DNA of 64,000 nucleotides from NCBI GenBank assembly GCA_963663895.2, contig CAXXRD010000005.1:96001-160000 (forward strand). The letters are read 5' to 3'. The notes beneath the pieces are model-generated. The model made no database searches and was not told the DNA's origin. It was given only the letters and a program-made list of their open reading frames with translations. Below are positions 1 to 10,904 of the stretch, one piece after another. Both the position numbers and the translations under genes were made by a program. The stretch comes from Dehalococcoidia bacterium (GTDB taxonomy: Bacteria > Chloroflexota > Dehalococcoidia > Bin125). How positions within the stretch are numbered: the first letter of the stretch is position 1; each line of letters begins with the position of its first letter.

Positions 1-702
1 AGTGATCCGGTCAGCGCCCTGCCTTGGCCGGACTACGAGCTGACGCGCTACACCATCACGGATCAGACGGACGAGGTGCTGGGCTCGGTTGAGTTCGAGA
101 TCGCGCGCCAGGGAGAGGAGTATGCGCTGCGGGTGCTGTTCATGCTGGACAACCCGCCGCTGCACGATGAGACGATGGTACGCATCCGGGCGGACTCGCT
201 GGAGCCGATCGGCTACGAGCGGCGAGCGTCCGACGACGAGGACCAACTGGAGGTGACGGGAAGCTACAGCCGAGACACAGTGGTCGTGCGAATAGTAGAG
301 AACGGGATCGTGCGAGTGGCAGAGAACGGGGAAGAGGAAGTGGAGACGGGAGAGTTCGCGTTCGATAACGACAGCTCAGCCTGGCTGTGGCGCAGCATCG
401 CCTTCGATCAAGACGCGCAAGTGGTGTACCGCTCGGTGAACGTGCCCCAGCGGCGAAGTCAACTCGTACGGTTACGGGTGCGGGGCCAAGATTGCGTCGC
501 CGTGCCGGCGGGGAATTTCCTTGCATGGCAGGTGGAAGTGCGGCCTGGGCTGGACCGGCAGACCGTGTGGTACGCGGTGGAGGACCCCCAACTCTTGATC
601 CGCTGGGACCAGGAGCCGCGCCGGTTCCTCCTGCGAGAGGTGGTCACCGCGCGCGGTGGTGATCCGATCGCAGTCGAGAGCGGGAATTGCGCGGTTCCTT
701 AG
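1..702 (+). CDS. Hypothetical protein, DUF3108-like beta-rich fold (5' truncated by window edge)
   Basis: Frame is open from base 1 (SDPVSALPWPDYELTRY...) to TAG at 700-702. The 'VPAGNFLAWQV' motif resembles DUF3108-type proteins. Confidence 0.55.
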   Translation, partial: SDPVSALPWPDYELTRYTITDQTDEVLGSVEFEIARQGEEYALRVLFMLDNPPLHDETMVRIRADSLEPIGYERRASDDEDQLEVTGSYSRDTVVVRIVENGIVRVAENGEEEVETGEFAFDNDSSAWLWRSIAFDQDAQVVYRSVNVPQRRSQLVRLRVRGQDCVAVPAGNFLAWQVEVRPGLDRQTVWYAVEDPQLLIRWDQEPRRFLLREVVTARGGDPIAVESGNCAVP

Positions 703-831
703 GGTGCGGGATTCCCGCCGGGAGACTGGCAGTTTCGCCGTCGTGGACGGCGTGGGGCATTGAGTTGCCCGAGGGGAGATCGGCGGGAGCTGCGGGTTGC
801 GAACTGGTGGGTTCACTCTGGTGCGCAGGGC

Positions 832-1383
832 TCAAAACGGCGCGCGGAGCCAGTCCCAGATCGCCTCAAGGGCTTCGATGAAAGTGAAGTCGTCGAGCCA
901 GCGGCCTTCGTGCAGGACGAATTCTTGGAACGTCTTGATCGCCGTGAGGAAGACGAGCCAAAACGCCACGTTCCAGCGATTGAAACGGAACTGCGTGCCG
1001 CGCAGACGCGGGTACCAGTGGGGAAGGCTGGCGACGAAGAGGAACCAAAACTCGAAGACGTTGGGGAAGAAGAGCAGCAGGTCACGGTTCCCGGTGGTTT
1101 CGAAGACGATGAACCCGACGAGGCGATAGCTGAAGAGGGTGAGGGCGATATCTTTGGCGGGGCCCTGCCAGCGCCAGGCAACGAGCAGGAAGGCCAGCAT
1201 ATACACCTGGTCGCTGTACTTGTCGAAGCGCTGGTAGTCACCGAGACCGCCCAGATCGAGCAGGTTCATCCAGAGCAGGTCGCTCAGATCGATGAAGACG
1301 GCGATGAGGCCGCCCACGAAAGCCCAGCGCAGAACTGGGAGTGAGCCGAGGACGCGGATCGCGCCGACGACGAGGATCTCCAT
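832..1383 (-). CDS. Hypothetical integral membrane protein
   Basis: 183-aa ORF with several hydrophobic helices, directly downstream of phoU. Confidence 0.7.
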   Translation of the reverse strand: MEILVVGAIRVLGSLPVLRWAFVGGLIAVFIDLSDLLWMNLLDLGGLGDYQRFDKYSDQVYMLAFLLVAWRWQGPAKDIALTLFSYRLVGFIVFETTGNRDLLLFFPNVFEFWFLFVASLPHWYPRLRGTQFRFNRWNVAFWLVFLTAIKTFQEFVLHEGRWLDDFTFIEALEAIWDWLRAPF

Positions 1384-1444
1384 GGGGCTATTGTCAGCCG
1401 CGCGGGTATGCCGCGCCTAGTGGCCTGGCGGCAGGTGGCGGGAG

Positions 1445-2119
1445 CTAGTAGGTGGAGACGTTGATCTCGGTGAGCTGGCCCGTGACGAGGAAGATGGCGC
1501 GCTCGCAGATGTTGGTGGCGCGATCGGCGATGCGCTCAAGGTTATGGGAGCACCAGATCACGTGAGTGACGGCGTCGAACTCGCTGGCGTCGTGAGGAAC
1601 GCCGGCGAGCCGCCGCACAAGACGCTGGTTGACGGCGGTGTAGAGTTCATCGACCTCATCGTCGAGATCACAGGTGGCACGCGCGCGCGCTTCGTCTTTC
1701 TCGATGAACGCTGCGATGGCGAGGCGGAGCATGCCTTGGGCCTTGTCTTTCATCTCCCAGAGTGCGGGTTCCTCGCTGGCGATGGGGTCGTCTTGGAGGA
1801 ACAAGGCGATACGGGCGATACCGTCGGCGTGATCCGCGATGCGTTCGAGCTCGGTGACGATGGAGAGGACGGAGACCATCTCGCGCAGGTCGGAGGCGAC
1901 GGGCGCCTGGCGAGCCATGATGTCGAGGCACCGTTCCTCAATGGCGTATCGCTCGGCGTTGATCTCGTCGTCACCCTCGACGACCGCTCTGGCAAGCGCG
2001 AGGTCGCGGCGCTGGAGTGCGTCCATCGCGTCGGTGATGGCTTTGTCAGTACGAGAGTGGAGCAGACGGACATCGTCGTGGAGTCTGGCGATGCCTTCTT
2101 CGAGAAGCGTGCGCGCCAT
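1445..2119 (-). CDS. phoU: Phosphate transport system regulator PhoU
   Basis: Two PhoU repeats (ELERIADHA, NLERIADRATNICE) and DDEIN/DDEVD motifs; follows pstB. Confidence 0.95.
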   Translation of the reverse strand: MARTLLEEGIARLHDDVRLLHSRTDKAITDAMDALQRRDLALARAVVEGDDEINAERYAIEERCLDIMARQAPVASDLREMVSVLSIVTELERIADHADGIARIALFLQDDPIASEEPALWEMKDKAQGMLRLAIAAFIEKDEARARATCDLDDEVDELYTAVNQRLVRRLAGVPHDASEFDAVTHVIWCSHNLERIADRATNICERAIFLVTGQLTEINVSTY

Positions 2120-2140
2120 AGCGAATCCTTCCGCCCGCGG

Positions 2141-3080
2141 CTAGCCGTAGCGCCCTGTGATGTAATCCTCGGTGCGGGAGTCCTTGGGGTTGGTGAAGAT
2201 GTCGTTTGTCGGCGCGAATTCGACGAGGCGGCCGGTACGGTCATCGGCGGCGAGCAGGAAAGCCGTGTAGTCGGAGACGCGGGCGGCTTGCTGCATGTTG
2301 TGCGTGACGACGACGATCGTGTAGTCCTCCGCGAGTTCGCGCATGAGGTCCTCGATCTTGAGGGTGGCGACCGGGTCCAAGGCGCTGCAAGGCTCGTCCA
2401 TGAGAATGACGTCCGGTGAGACGGCGATGGCGCGAGCGATGCAGAGGCGCTGCTGCTGACCGCCGGAGAGCGCAAGCGCGTTCTTCTTCAGATCGTCTTT
2501 GACTTCGTCCCAGAGGGCAGCGCGCCTGAGGGATTGTTCTACGAGTTCCTTGAGGTCCCCCTTTGTAGCCATTCACCCGTGGGCCGAAGGCGACGTTGTC
2601 GAAGATGGATTTCGGGAAGGGATTCGGCTTCTGGAAGACCATGCCGATGCGGCGGCGGATGATTACGGGATCGACGCCGTAGCCGACCAACTGTTCCCCT
2701 TCGAAGTCAATGGATCCCGTCATGCGGAAGCTGGGGACCAGATCGTTCATGCGATCGAAGCAGCGGAGCAGCGTGCTCTTCCCGCAACCGGAGGGGCCGA
2801 TCAGGGCAGTGACGCGCCCTTTCGCGATGTCGAGGTCGATGCTGTCGAGCGCCTGGAAGTCGCCGTAGTAAACGGAGAGGTTGCGAACGCGCAGCGAGAG
2901 ATCTTCCCTGACCTCCTGACGGACGGCGGCCTGCTGGGCCCGGATCTCGCCGGTAAGGTCGCGGTCCGCGCTGGGAATTTGCGTTGCGGCCTGCCCCGTG
3001 CGGGGAGCCGGGACGCGGCGGCCGGCGTCCGAGTCGTCGTCGTGGGTGTCCGGGGTCTTAGGGTGCTTGAGCATGGTCAC
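2141..3080 (-). CDS. pstB: Phosphate ABC transporter ATPase PstB (one apparent frameshift near 2560)
   Basis: Walker A GPSGCGKS and [20 protein letters not shown] in the 5' frame; [23 protein letters not shown] and [10 protein letters not shown] in the 3' frame. An extra G in a G5 run joins the frames (YKGDLKEL). Confidence 0.93.
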
Positions 3081-3094
3081 CCGATCCCTCGTTT

Positions 3095-4003
3095 CTACCA
3101 GCGTACGCGGGTCTTCGCTCTGAGGAAAATGGCGAGGCTGTTCATGATCAGCAGGATGATCAAGAGCAGGATGATGCCGGCGGCGGCGATCTCTTGGAAA
3201 CCGGGCTGGGGTCGCGATACCCAGTTGAAGATTTGGATCGGCAGGACGGTGAAGGGATCCAGCGGGTCCTGGGGCAGGAAGGCGATGAAGGTGAGTGCGC
3301 CGATCATGATCAGTGGCGCGGTTTCGCCAATGGCGCGGGACATGGCGAGAATATTGCCGGTGAGCATGCCGCCGAAGGCATACGGCAGGACGACCGAGCG
3401 GGTGACCTGCCAGCGCGTGGCGCCGAGGGCGTAGGCGCCTTCGCGCATGGAGGGGGGAACGGCGCGCAAGGACTCTTGGCCGGCCACGATGATGATGGGC
3501 ATGACGAGAAGGGCCATCGTCAAAGCCCCGGAGAGCACGCTGCGCTCGAGCTCCATGGCGCGTACGAAGAGCTGGAGGCCGAGCAGGCCGTAGACGATGG
3601 AGGGGATGCCGGCGAGGTTGGCGATGTTGAGCTGGACGAGACGCGAGAACCAGTTGCGCCGAGCGTACTCTTCTAGATAGATGGCCGCTGCGACCCCGAG
3701 AGGGAAAGCGACGGCAGCGGTGATGACCATCATGTAGAGCGTGCCGATGACGGCCGCCTTCACCCCCGCCCGATCGGGAAAGCGGGAGGCGAAGCTATTC
3801 AGGAAATTGGTGTCGAGGATGGTGGGGAGTCCGAAAAGACGGGCAGCGCCGTCGAGGACAACATCAACGACGAGCGCGCCCAGCATGGTAAGTCCGATGA
3901 GCACCGCGAGGAGGCAGGAGCCGACAAAGATCCGACCGATCCAGCGGCGAAGCGTGAGGCGAGGGTTCCAGACAGTCGGCGCGGGCGCCGCGACCGTGGT
4001 CAT
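3095..4003 (-). CDS. pstA: Phosphate ABC transporter permease PstA
   Basis: [24 protein letters not shown] and [10 protein letters not shown] motifs. Confidence 0.95.
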   Translation of the reverse strand: MTTVAAPAPTVWNPRLTLRRWIGRIFVGSCLLAVLIGLTMLGALVVDVVLDGAARLFGLPTILDTNFLNSFASRFPDRAGVKAAVIGTLYMMVITAAVAFPLGVAAAIYLEEYARRNWFSRLVQLNIANLAGIPSIVYGLLGLQLFVRAMELERSVLSGALTMALLVMPIIIVAGQESLRAVPPSMREGAYALGATRWQVTRSVVLPYAFGGMLTGNILAMSRAIGETAPLIMIGALTFIAFLPQDPLDPFTVLPIQIFNWVSRPQPGFQEIAAAGIILLLIILLIMNSLAIFLRAKTRVRW

Positions 4004-4965
4004 TCGTACTCCTCACGGAAGCGGTGCGCGACCCACTGGGCGATGAGGTTCATGCCCAGCGTGAAGACGAAGAGCGTCATCGCGACGGCGAAGAGCGTGC
4101 GGAACTCCAGGCTGCCTTGGGGGGTATCGCCAAGGCTGATTTGGACGATGAACGAGGTCATCGTCTGAATCGTCTCGCGGGGGTCGATGGTGAAATTGGG
4201 GTTCTGGCCGGCGGCGATGGTGACGATCATGGTCTCGCCGATCGCGCGCGAGAAGGCAAGGATGATGGAGGCGATGACGCCGGAGAGCGCGGCGGGAAGC
4301 ACGACGCGGACCGCCGTCTCCATCCGCGTCGCGCCCATTGCGAAGGACGCCTCCCGGAGGGAGCGCGGTACGGCCGACATGGCGTCCTCACTGAGGGAAG
4401 AGATCATGGGGAGGACCATGATGCCCATGACGATGCCGGCGCTGAGCGCATTGAAGATGCTCACTCCGGGAATGTTGAAAATGTCGCGGATGATTGGAGT
4501 GATGAAGAGCAAGGCGAAGTAGCCGTAGACGACGGTGGGGACCCCCGCCAGGATTTCAAGGACGGGCTTGACGACTTCGCGAACTTTTTCTGGAGCGAAC
4601 TCGCTCAGGAAAATCGCGGCCAGCAGTCCGAGCGGCACTCCGACGATGAGCGCGATCACCGCCACCATCACGGTGCCGCTGACGAGCGCCCATACGCCGA
4701 AGCTCTGATCCGAGGTGATGAGCGGGGACCACTGCGTAGAGCCGAAGTACTCGAGGAAGCTGATTTCGCGGAAGAACTCGATCGTTTTCGAAGAGCAGGA
4801 TGAAAACGATGCCGATGGTGACGAGTGCGCCCAGCGAGGCGCTGAGGAAGAGGAGGAGATGGGCGACGCGGCCGCTGGACGTTTCACCGCCCCGCGCCGC
4901 TCCGGCTCGGGTTGAGGTAGGTGCGCCAGAGATGTTGCAGCGTGGAGCGACGGGGAAGCGTGTGG
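4000..4965 (-). CDS. pstC: Phosphate ABC transporter permease PstC (frameshift near 4788, start uncertain)
   Basis: [26 protein letters not shown] and [10 protein letters not shown]. The N-terminal TM helix ([24 protein letters not shown]) is in another frame, joined across an A4 run. Confidence 0.9.
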   Translation of the reverse strand, partial: PHASPSLHAATSLAHLPQPEPERRGAVKRPAAASPISSSSSAPRWAHSSPSASFSSCSSKTIEFFREISFLEYFGSTQWSPLITSDQSFGVWALVSGTVMVAVIALIVGVPLGLLAAIFLSEFAPEKVREVVKPVLEILAGVPTVVYGYFALLFITPIIRDIFNIPGVSIFNALSAGIVMGIMVLPMISSLSEDAMSAVPRSLREASFAMGATRMETAVRVVLPAALSGVIASIILAFSRAIGETMIVTIAAGQNPNFTIDPRETIQTMTSFIVQISLGDTPQGSLEFRTLFAVAMTLFVFTLGMNLIAQWVAHRFREEYE

Positions 4966-5002
4966 ATCACGCGCCGAGGCTACGGAGCACGCTGCGGGAG
5001 TG

Positions 5003-5020
5003 GGTTAAGAGGCGGTTAAG
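5003..5020 (-). promoter_or_regulatory. Putative Pho box upstream of pstC: CTTAACC-N4-CTTAACC
   Basis: GGTTAAG occurs on the + strand at 5003-5009 and 5014-5020, an exact 11-bp period. Confidence 0.65.
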
Positions 5021-6799
5021 GTCTCCGTCTGCGCCGTCTGCGTGATACTCCTGCGGCGCGGCTCGTCCGCGGCGCGTTCCCGATCTATCGAGACGGGGAG
5101 GGAGAAGGAGAACGTCGAGCCGTGGCCGAGTTCACTTTCGAGGGCGACCTCGCCCCCGTGGATCTGGGCGATATGCCGAACCAACGCCAAGCCCAAGCCG
5201 CTCCCCATGCTGGCCGGAGCGGGAGCGATCGAGCTGATAGAAGCGCTGGAACACCCGGCTCTGCTCTTCGCGGGGGATCCCGATGCCGGTGTCACGGACG
5301 CAGAGCCACGCCATGTTGCTTTGTGACCGTGCGAAGACGGTGATCGCACCGGGCGCCGGGGTGAACTTGGTAGCGTTCTGGAGAAGATTGAGGAGGGCCT
5401 GAAGAGCGAGATCGGGGATCGGCGGCGATGGCGAAGTGGGGCGGTACGACGGGCTCCACCGCAAGGGTCAAGCCTGCGCGGGCGGCCTGTGGGCGGATGC
5501 GCTCGGCGGCTTCCGTGATCAATTGCGCAACCTCCACGGATCGGATCTGTGGCTGGGCGAGGCCGGATTCGAGGCGGGCAAGTTCCAGCATCTCCTCAAC
5601 CAGTTGGGCCATGCGATCCGTCTCGGCGTGAATGATCTGATGGAAGCGGGCGGCCTCGTGCTGGGGGAGGCCTTGCTCAAGGGTTTCGATGGCGCCGCTG
5701 ATTGAGGTCAGCGGCGTACGGAGTTCGTGCGAGATATTGGCGACGAAGTCACGGCGAGCGGCTTCGGCTGCGTGGAGGGCCGTGGACGTCGTGCATGACG
5801 AGGACGGCGGACCAGTCGCCCCCTTCAGCAACGGGAGCGGCGACGGTTTGGAAGTGGCGCTCGTTGTGGCGAATGAGGGCGGGAGGAGCAGGCGTCCCGC
5901 TTTGAGCTTGCCGGACGAGTTCATAGATCTGGTGGTCAGGGAGGACGTCGAGCAGGGATGCACCGACGACGGTCTCGTTGGTGGGGCGGGCCGCGTGCGC
6001 GGCTGGGTTGGCGGTAGAGCACGGTGCCCCCATGGTCGACCGCGACGACGATGTCCGCGGATGCGGCGAGCGCAGCCGCGAGGCGGCGGCGCTCGTCAGC
6101 CAGCGCGTTGCGCTCACGCTGCAGCTCTGCCTGGGTTGCGTTGAGCGCGCGAGCGATGGCGCGCGTCTGCTCGGGCCCGCTGAGCGGGAGGGGAGTGGCG
6201 GCTATGGCGGCACGGCCGAGTCGCTGCAAGGGACGAGCGATCGCGGTGTGAAGGACAAGGATCGCGATGATACCGCCGAGCGTGGCGATGGCCGTCGCGA
6301 TCGCGACGGAGCTGACCAGCGAGTCGCCGCCGCGCGCTGAATCCGGCAGGGCGACCCGCGCGAATCCGAGGAGCGCGCCTGTGCTATCGCGCACGGCGAC
6401 GGCGACGAAGGTTGCGGATTCGCCAACGGCAGGGGCGTGGCGGCGGGCGCGGCCCACGCCACGCGCAGTGGCTTCGGTGATTTCGGGCTGGGTCGCCTGG
6501 TTGATGCCCGCGCCGTCGGGCGCGCCGAAGACCGTACCGTTCGGGGCGATAAAGCTGACCGCACCGTCGCCTTGGGCGAGTGAGGCGGCGAGAGTTGCCA
6601 GCGCGTCGCCGTTATTCGCGGCGAGCGCGTCGACGGCGAGATGGCCGAGTTGGCGCGCCTGCGCGGCGAGACGGTCGTCGACCGCGTCGTGCGTACTGTT
6701 GATGGCCGTGAGGGTTGCGTAGGTAGCGACTCCGCCTATCACGGCGATCAACACGACGATGGCCGTCGCGCTGAAGCGGGCGCTGAGGCTCTGAAGCAC
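5005..6799 (-). CDS. phoR: PhoR-like sensor histidine kinase (TM, PAS, HisKA, HATPase), broken by several apparent frameshifts
   Basis: [17 protein letters not shown]-box, [11 protein letters not shown]-box, DTGIGIP and [13 protein letters not shown]-boxes spread over five overlapping ORFs; lies between phoB and pstC. Confidence 0.85.
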
Positions 6800-6808
6800 G
6801 GCTCTACA

Positions 6809-7489
6809 TTACAGCTCGAAGCGGTAGCCGGCGCCGCGGACCGTCAAGAGATGCGTCGGCGTCGCGGGATCAGGCTCGATTTTGCGACGGAGCCAGCGCA
6901 CGTGCACGTCGACGGTGCGGCTGCCTCCGGTGAAATCGTAATTCCAGACGTCATTGAGGATCTGGTCGCGGTCAATGGCACGGCCGGGGCGCTGTGCGAG
7001 ATAGGCGAGGAGATCGTACTCCTTCGGGCGCAGCGGGACGACCGTGCTGGCTTGCCGGAGTTCGCGGCGAGCGGTGTCGAGGGTGAAATCGCCAAAGGTG
7101 ATGATCAGCGGCGCGGCACTCGCGGCGCCGTTGCGGCGTCGGAGATGGGCGCGGACGCGGGCCAGCAGTTCGGCGATGCTAAAGGGTTTCGTAATGTAGT
7201 CGTCCGCGCCGAGGTCGAGGCCATGAACGCGATCGGCCTCGGCCGTACGAGCGGTGAGGACAAGGACGGGGACGTTCGAGTCACGGCGGATCTGCCGCAA
7301 GACCTCAGTACCGCTCAGTAGCGGCAGCATGAGATCCAAAATGATGAGGTCGGGTTGGAGGCGCCGGGCCGACTCGAGCGCTTGCTCGCCATCCCCGGCG
7401 GTGTGGACATCGAAGCCTTCCCGTTCGAGATTGAACCGAATCGTCGTTGCGATATGGTTTTCGTCCTCGACGACTAGGACCGTTGCCAC
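6809..7489 (-). CDS. phoB: OmpR/PhoB-family response regulator
   Basis: Receiver domain (LDLMLP, GADDYITKPF) plus winged helix (RTVDVHVRWLRRKIE, TVRGAGYRF); heads the pst operon. Confidence 0.88.
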   Translation of the reverse strand: MATVLVVEDENHIATTIRFNLEREGFDVHTAGDGEQALESARRLQPDLIILDLMLPLLSGTEVLRQIRRDSNVPVLVLTARTAEADRVHGLDLGADDYITKPFSIAELLARVRAHLRRRNGAASAAPLIITFGDFTLDTARRELRQASTVVPLRPKEYDLLAYLAQRPGRAIDRDQILNDVWNYDFTGGSRTVDVHVRWLRRKIEPDPATPTHLLTVRGAGYRFEL

Positions 7490-7588
7490 GGCGACGCCTC
7501 CGGCGCGTATAGTCCAGCGGGGCTTTTGGTGGATGCTGGACGGTCATGGTGAGTGTATCGATGGGTCGGGTCGGGTCGTTGCCTTCGC

Positions 7589-7605
7589 GGTTAACTCCCG
7601 GTTAA
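7589..7605 (-). promoter_or_regulatory. Putative Pho box upstream of phoB: TTAACC-N5-TTAACC
   Basis: GGTTAA on the + strand at 7589-7594 and 7600-7605 (11-bp period), the same motif as upstream of pstC. Confidence 0.6.
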
Positions 7606-7788
7606 TCACGGTCGCGGCTCGGACGGTTGAGAGCCCTGTGGGTGCAAGAGAAGAGGCGCTTGGTCTTGTGGTCGAGCGGATCGGCGGCGGAGTGGCTTGT
7701 CGCCGAGGTCGCTGCCGACTGCTTTGCTAAGGTTCCACGGAGAAGGCGGACGCGACGATCGCTCTGCAAGTGGGGGGCGCGGAGGCCG

Positions 7789-8693
7789 TCATGGCTTCCA
7801 GAGCTTCGGCTGGGATTTGGGCGGGCTTTGGGGCCGCGGCTGCGCTTGCTGCGCCGCCGGCGCGCCTGGGCGGGCGGGTGCGGTGGTGCCCGGGTTGGTT
7901 GTGGGCCGGATCAGGCCGACGTGAAAGAGGAGATCGGGAACGGCCATGCTGCGACAGGTGAAGGCGGGCGTGTCTCGCTCCGTGTAGGAGGATGATTCCG
8001 AGTCGCGGAGTTCGCGGACAAGGGCGAGGAACTCGCCCGGGTCGTTGCCCTCGAAGGCGACAACGAACTCTTGGTCGTCGAGGCCGAAGGAGTAGGTCGT
8101 GTTGATGAGGATGTCGTGGTACTTGTGGCCGATTGCGATGTGCCTCGCTCATAATGCGCTGCCGCTCATCCAGCGGCAGCGTGTACCACTTGCGTGTTTT
8201 AACCATCGGGTAGACGAAGAGGTAATCGGCGCGGCCTCCATCCTCGCGCAGCGTCTCGCGCCCGGCGGTTTCGGGGTGAAGAGGGTTCTGATACTGCGAG
8301 CGCATGGTCATGGAGAGATAGGAGTAGGGACGCTCGAGGGCAGCGCCGAGCGGCGAGTTTACGAGGGCGGCGTGCCAATCCATGATCAGCCGGAGATCGT
8401 CCGAGACTTGCCAGATCAGGAAGTCCGTGTCGGCGCGCGTGCCGATGGTCGAGTAGGTGCGGGTGAGCATGCGCTCTCCGGATTTCTCCAGGGAGCGTTT
8501 TGAGGATCCTGCCGAGCTGATTACGGGCCTCGTCCGGGGCGCCGCGGACGGAGTCGCGCAGCCGGAAGAATCCGAACTTGACGAACTGTTTGCCGCGGGC
8601 CGGATTGTCGCTTCGAGTGTGGGCGGCGCGGGCCGACGGATCCGCTGCGTCGGATTGGCTCGGAGCCTCTGGCGGCTGCGCTTCTGGGGTCAT
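7789..8693 (-). CDS. Chlorite dismutase / coproheme decarboxylase (ChdC/HemQ) family protein, two apparent frameshifts
   Basis: YSTIGTRADTDFLIW and YLFVYPMVKTRKWY..ERQRIM. After removing an extra G it continues EHIAIG..NTTYSFGLDDQEFVVAFE..ELR..ESSSYTERDTP, ending in a Pro-rich tail and TGA at 7789-7791. Confidence 0.8.
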
Positions 8694-9712
8694 CGGGCGC
8701 TGGCGGCTTTGGGCTGAGCGGCTTCGACTTCCCGCGGGAGGCCGTAGTTTGATGCAAAGAGCTCCTCAATGCGGGACGCTTCCTCGTCGCTGATGTCGGG
8801 GCAGTCCGACGCGGCGGCGAATTCCTCGATCTGGTCGAGGCCGTAGATATTGGGGAGCGCGCTCACGACCTCGGGCGTCCGCAGAACGTAGCGCAAGGCC
8901 GCTTGGCCCAGCGTGCGCCGGCCGTCCTGCTTGAGAAACTCCAACTGATCGATCTTCTTCAGCCCGTTGACGAGCCAGGAGCGCGGGCGGTGACTGCGAT
9001 GATCGTTGGGGCCGAAGGTGGTGTCCTTGGTGTACTTCCCCTCGAGCATTCCGGAGGAGTGCGGAACGCGCACGAGGAGCGAGCGGCCGTTGTGGCGAGC
9101 GGCGGCGAGCAAGGCGCGCCCGGGATCAAGCTCCAAGGCGTTGTAGATCATCTGGACGGTGTGCGCCGGACGCTGGGAGAGGGAATAGCGGCCCTCGTCC
9201 AGCCAGCCGATCGCGGGGCCGAGCGCGACGCCGATGGATCGGACCTTGCCCTCGCGCTGGACGCGGTCCAGGAAGTTCCACACGTCGTCGCGTTCGAGAT
9301 GCTCCATGCGGGCGTTGTGTAGCTGCCAATGGTCGATGCGGTCCGTATTCAGGCGCCCAAGGGCGTTGTCCAGGGAGCGCTGGAGGAAGTCCGGATCGAG
9401 GCGGTGGGGCGGCTCGGTGTGGCCGGTCCGGCGCTCCTTGGCGGATTCCCAGTCGTAGCCGAACTTGGTGGCGATGACGACGCCGTCACGGGCGGCGCCG
9501 GGAAACGCCTTGGCGAGCAAGGTCTCGCCGCGGCCGAAGCCGTACGTCGCGGCGGTGTCGAAGAACGTGATGCCGCGATCGCGGGCTTGGCGGAGGAGGG
9601 CGACGGCCTCGTCGTCGGAGTAGTCGCCCCACCAGCCGGCGGCGAGCGTCCAAACGCCAAAGCCGATCTCGGAGACCTGGATGTTGGTGCCGGCGATGGT
9701 GCGGTAGCGCAT
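8690..9712 (-). CDS. Aldo/keto reductase
   Basis: VSEIGFGVW, GITFFDTAATYG, IATKFG, LNTDRID..LH and QMIYNAL motifs. Confidence 0.92.
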   Translation of the reverse strand: MRYRTIAGTNIQVSEIGFGVWTLAAGWWGDYSDDEAVALLRQARDRGITFFDTAATYGFGRGETLLAKAFPGAARDGVVIATKFGYDWESAKERRTGHTEPPHRLDPDFLQRSLDNALGRLNTDRIDHWQLHNARMEHLERDDVWNFLDRVQREGKVRSIGVALGPAIGWLDEGRYSLSQRPAHTVQMIYNALELDPGRALLAAARHNGRSLLVRVPHSSGMLEGKYTKDTTFGPNDHRSHRPRSWLVNGLKKIDQLEFLKQDGRRTLGQAALRYVLRTPEVVSALPNIYGLDQIEEFAAASDCPDISDEEASRIEELFASNYGLPREVEAAQPKAASAR

Positions 9713-9722
9713 CAGGTGCCGC

Positions 9723-10896
9723 CTAGTCGCCGCCGGCGGCGACGGGGGCCGCGGTGCGGGAGAGTTCCTTGAGACGCGGGTAAACTTCCTCGGCGAAGAG
9801 TTTCATGCCCCCCACCGTTTCCTCGTGCTCCAAGAAGCCTGCTTGGCCCATCATGAGCAGGTGCCCGAAGCCGCCGACGTGGTCGTAGAGCTTCTTGATC
9901 TGGTTGAAGACCGTGTCCGGATTGCCGGCGAAGAGGATCCCCTTCGCGATCTGCTCCTCGACCGAGGTACGGCCGAAGTGCGCCTGCGGGCCGGCCAGGC
10001 TGTTGGCGCGCAGCGCTTTGACGTTGGCTTCGACGGAGGAGTAGCCGGGCGGGTTGGCGAAGTGCGGCGGGACCTTGTTGGCTTCGAGATACCAGAGCAC
10101 CTTGCGGGCGCCCTCGTAGCCGAGCTCGTCCGTTTCTCCGGTGTGAATGAGGGCGGCGTAGGCGAAGCGGTCGAGGCCGAGTTGTGGCAGGCCGATCGCA
10201 CCGCGGCGGGCGCGGTAGGTGGCGTAGATCTCCTTGGTGACGTCGAAGCCGGTGAGGAAGCTCGCGGCGATGTAGCCGCGCTCGGCGATCTTGGGGGCGC
10301 TCTTGGGATTGAGCGTGGTGATCCAGACCGGCGGTGGGGTTGCTGGTAGGGGCGGGGCCAGATGTTGACCTGGCGATGGTGGTAGTACTTGCCCTCGAAA
10401 TTGAAGGGGCCGTCGTGCGTCGTGAGCGCCTTCATGATCAGGTCGTGCGCCTCCCAGAAGCGCTCCTGCATGCGCGTGGGATTGATGTGCCGGCCGAGAT
10501 CTCATAGGGGACGCCGCGCACGAAGCCGAGTTCGAGGCGCCCGCGGGAGATCACGTCGATCATCGCCATCTCTTCCGCGACGCGGACGGGCTGGTTGCGG
10601 TTGGCGATCGGGTTGCCCAAGATCAGGAGCCGCGCCGTCTTGGTTTCACGTGCCAGGATGCCCATGACGATGGGCACCGCCGGGTCGACGCAGGTCGCGG
10701 TTTGGTGATGCTCGTTCGCCATGATCTCGATGCCGAGCTCTTCGGCGATGAGCCACTCGTCGATGTAGCGGTGGTAGAGGTCGGCGCCGATCTTGGGGTC
10801 GTAGTACTTGTTGGGGAGCGTGACGCGGATCGAGTCGAAGGTGCTCTCATCGGGGAGATAGGGGTAGGCGTTCTCGCTGAAGTGCCAGGCTTGCAT
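9723..10896 (-). CDS. LLM-class (luciferase-like) flavin-dependent monooxygenase, two apparent frameshifts (~10490, ~10335)
   Basis: NEHHQT, PVRVAEEMAMIDVISRGRL, RFWEAHDLI, WPRPYQQP and KLFAEEVYPRL spread across three frames. Confidence 0.88.
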
Positions 10897-10904
10897 GTGA
10901 TCAC

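Noticed and set aside
2141-6799. Programmed frameshifting in pstB, pstC or phoR
   Set aside because: Indels are numerous, fall in short runs and also affect unrelated neighbouring genes; an artefact is more parsimonious.
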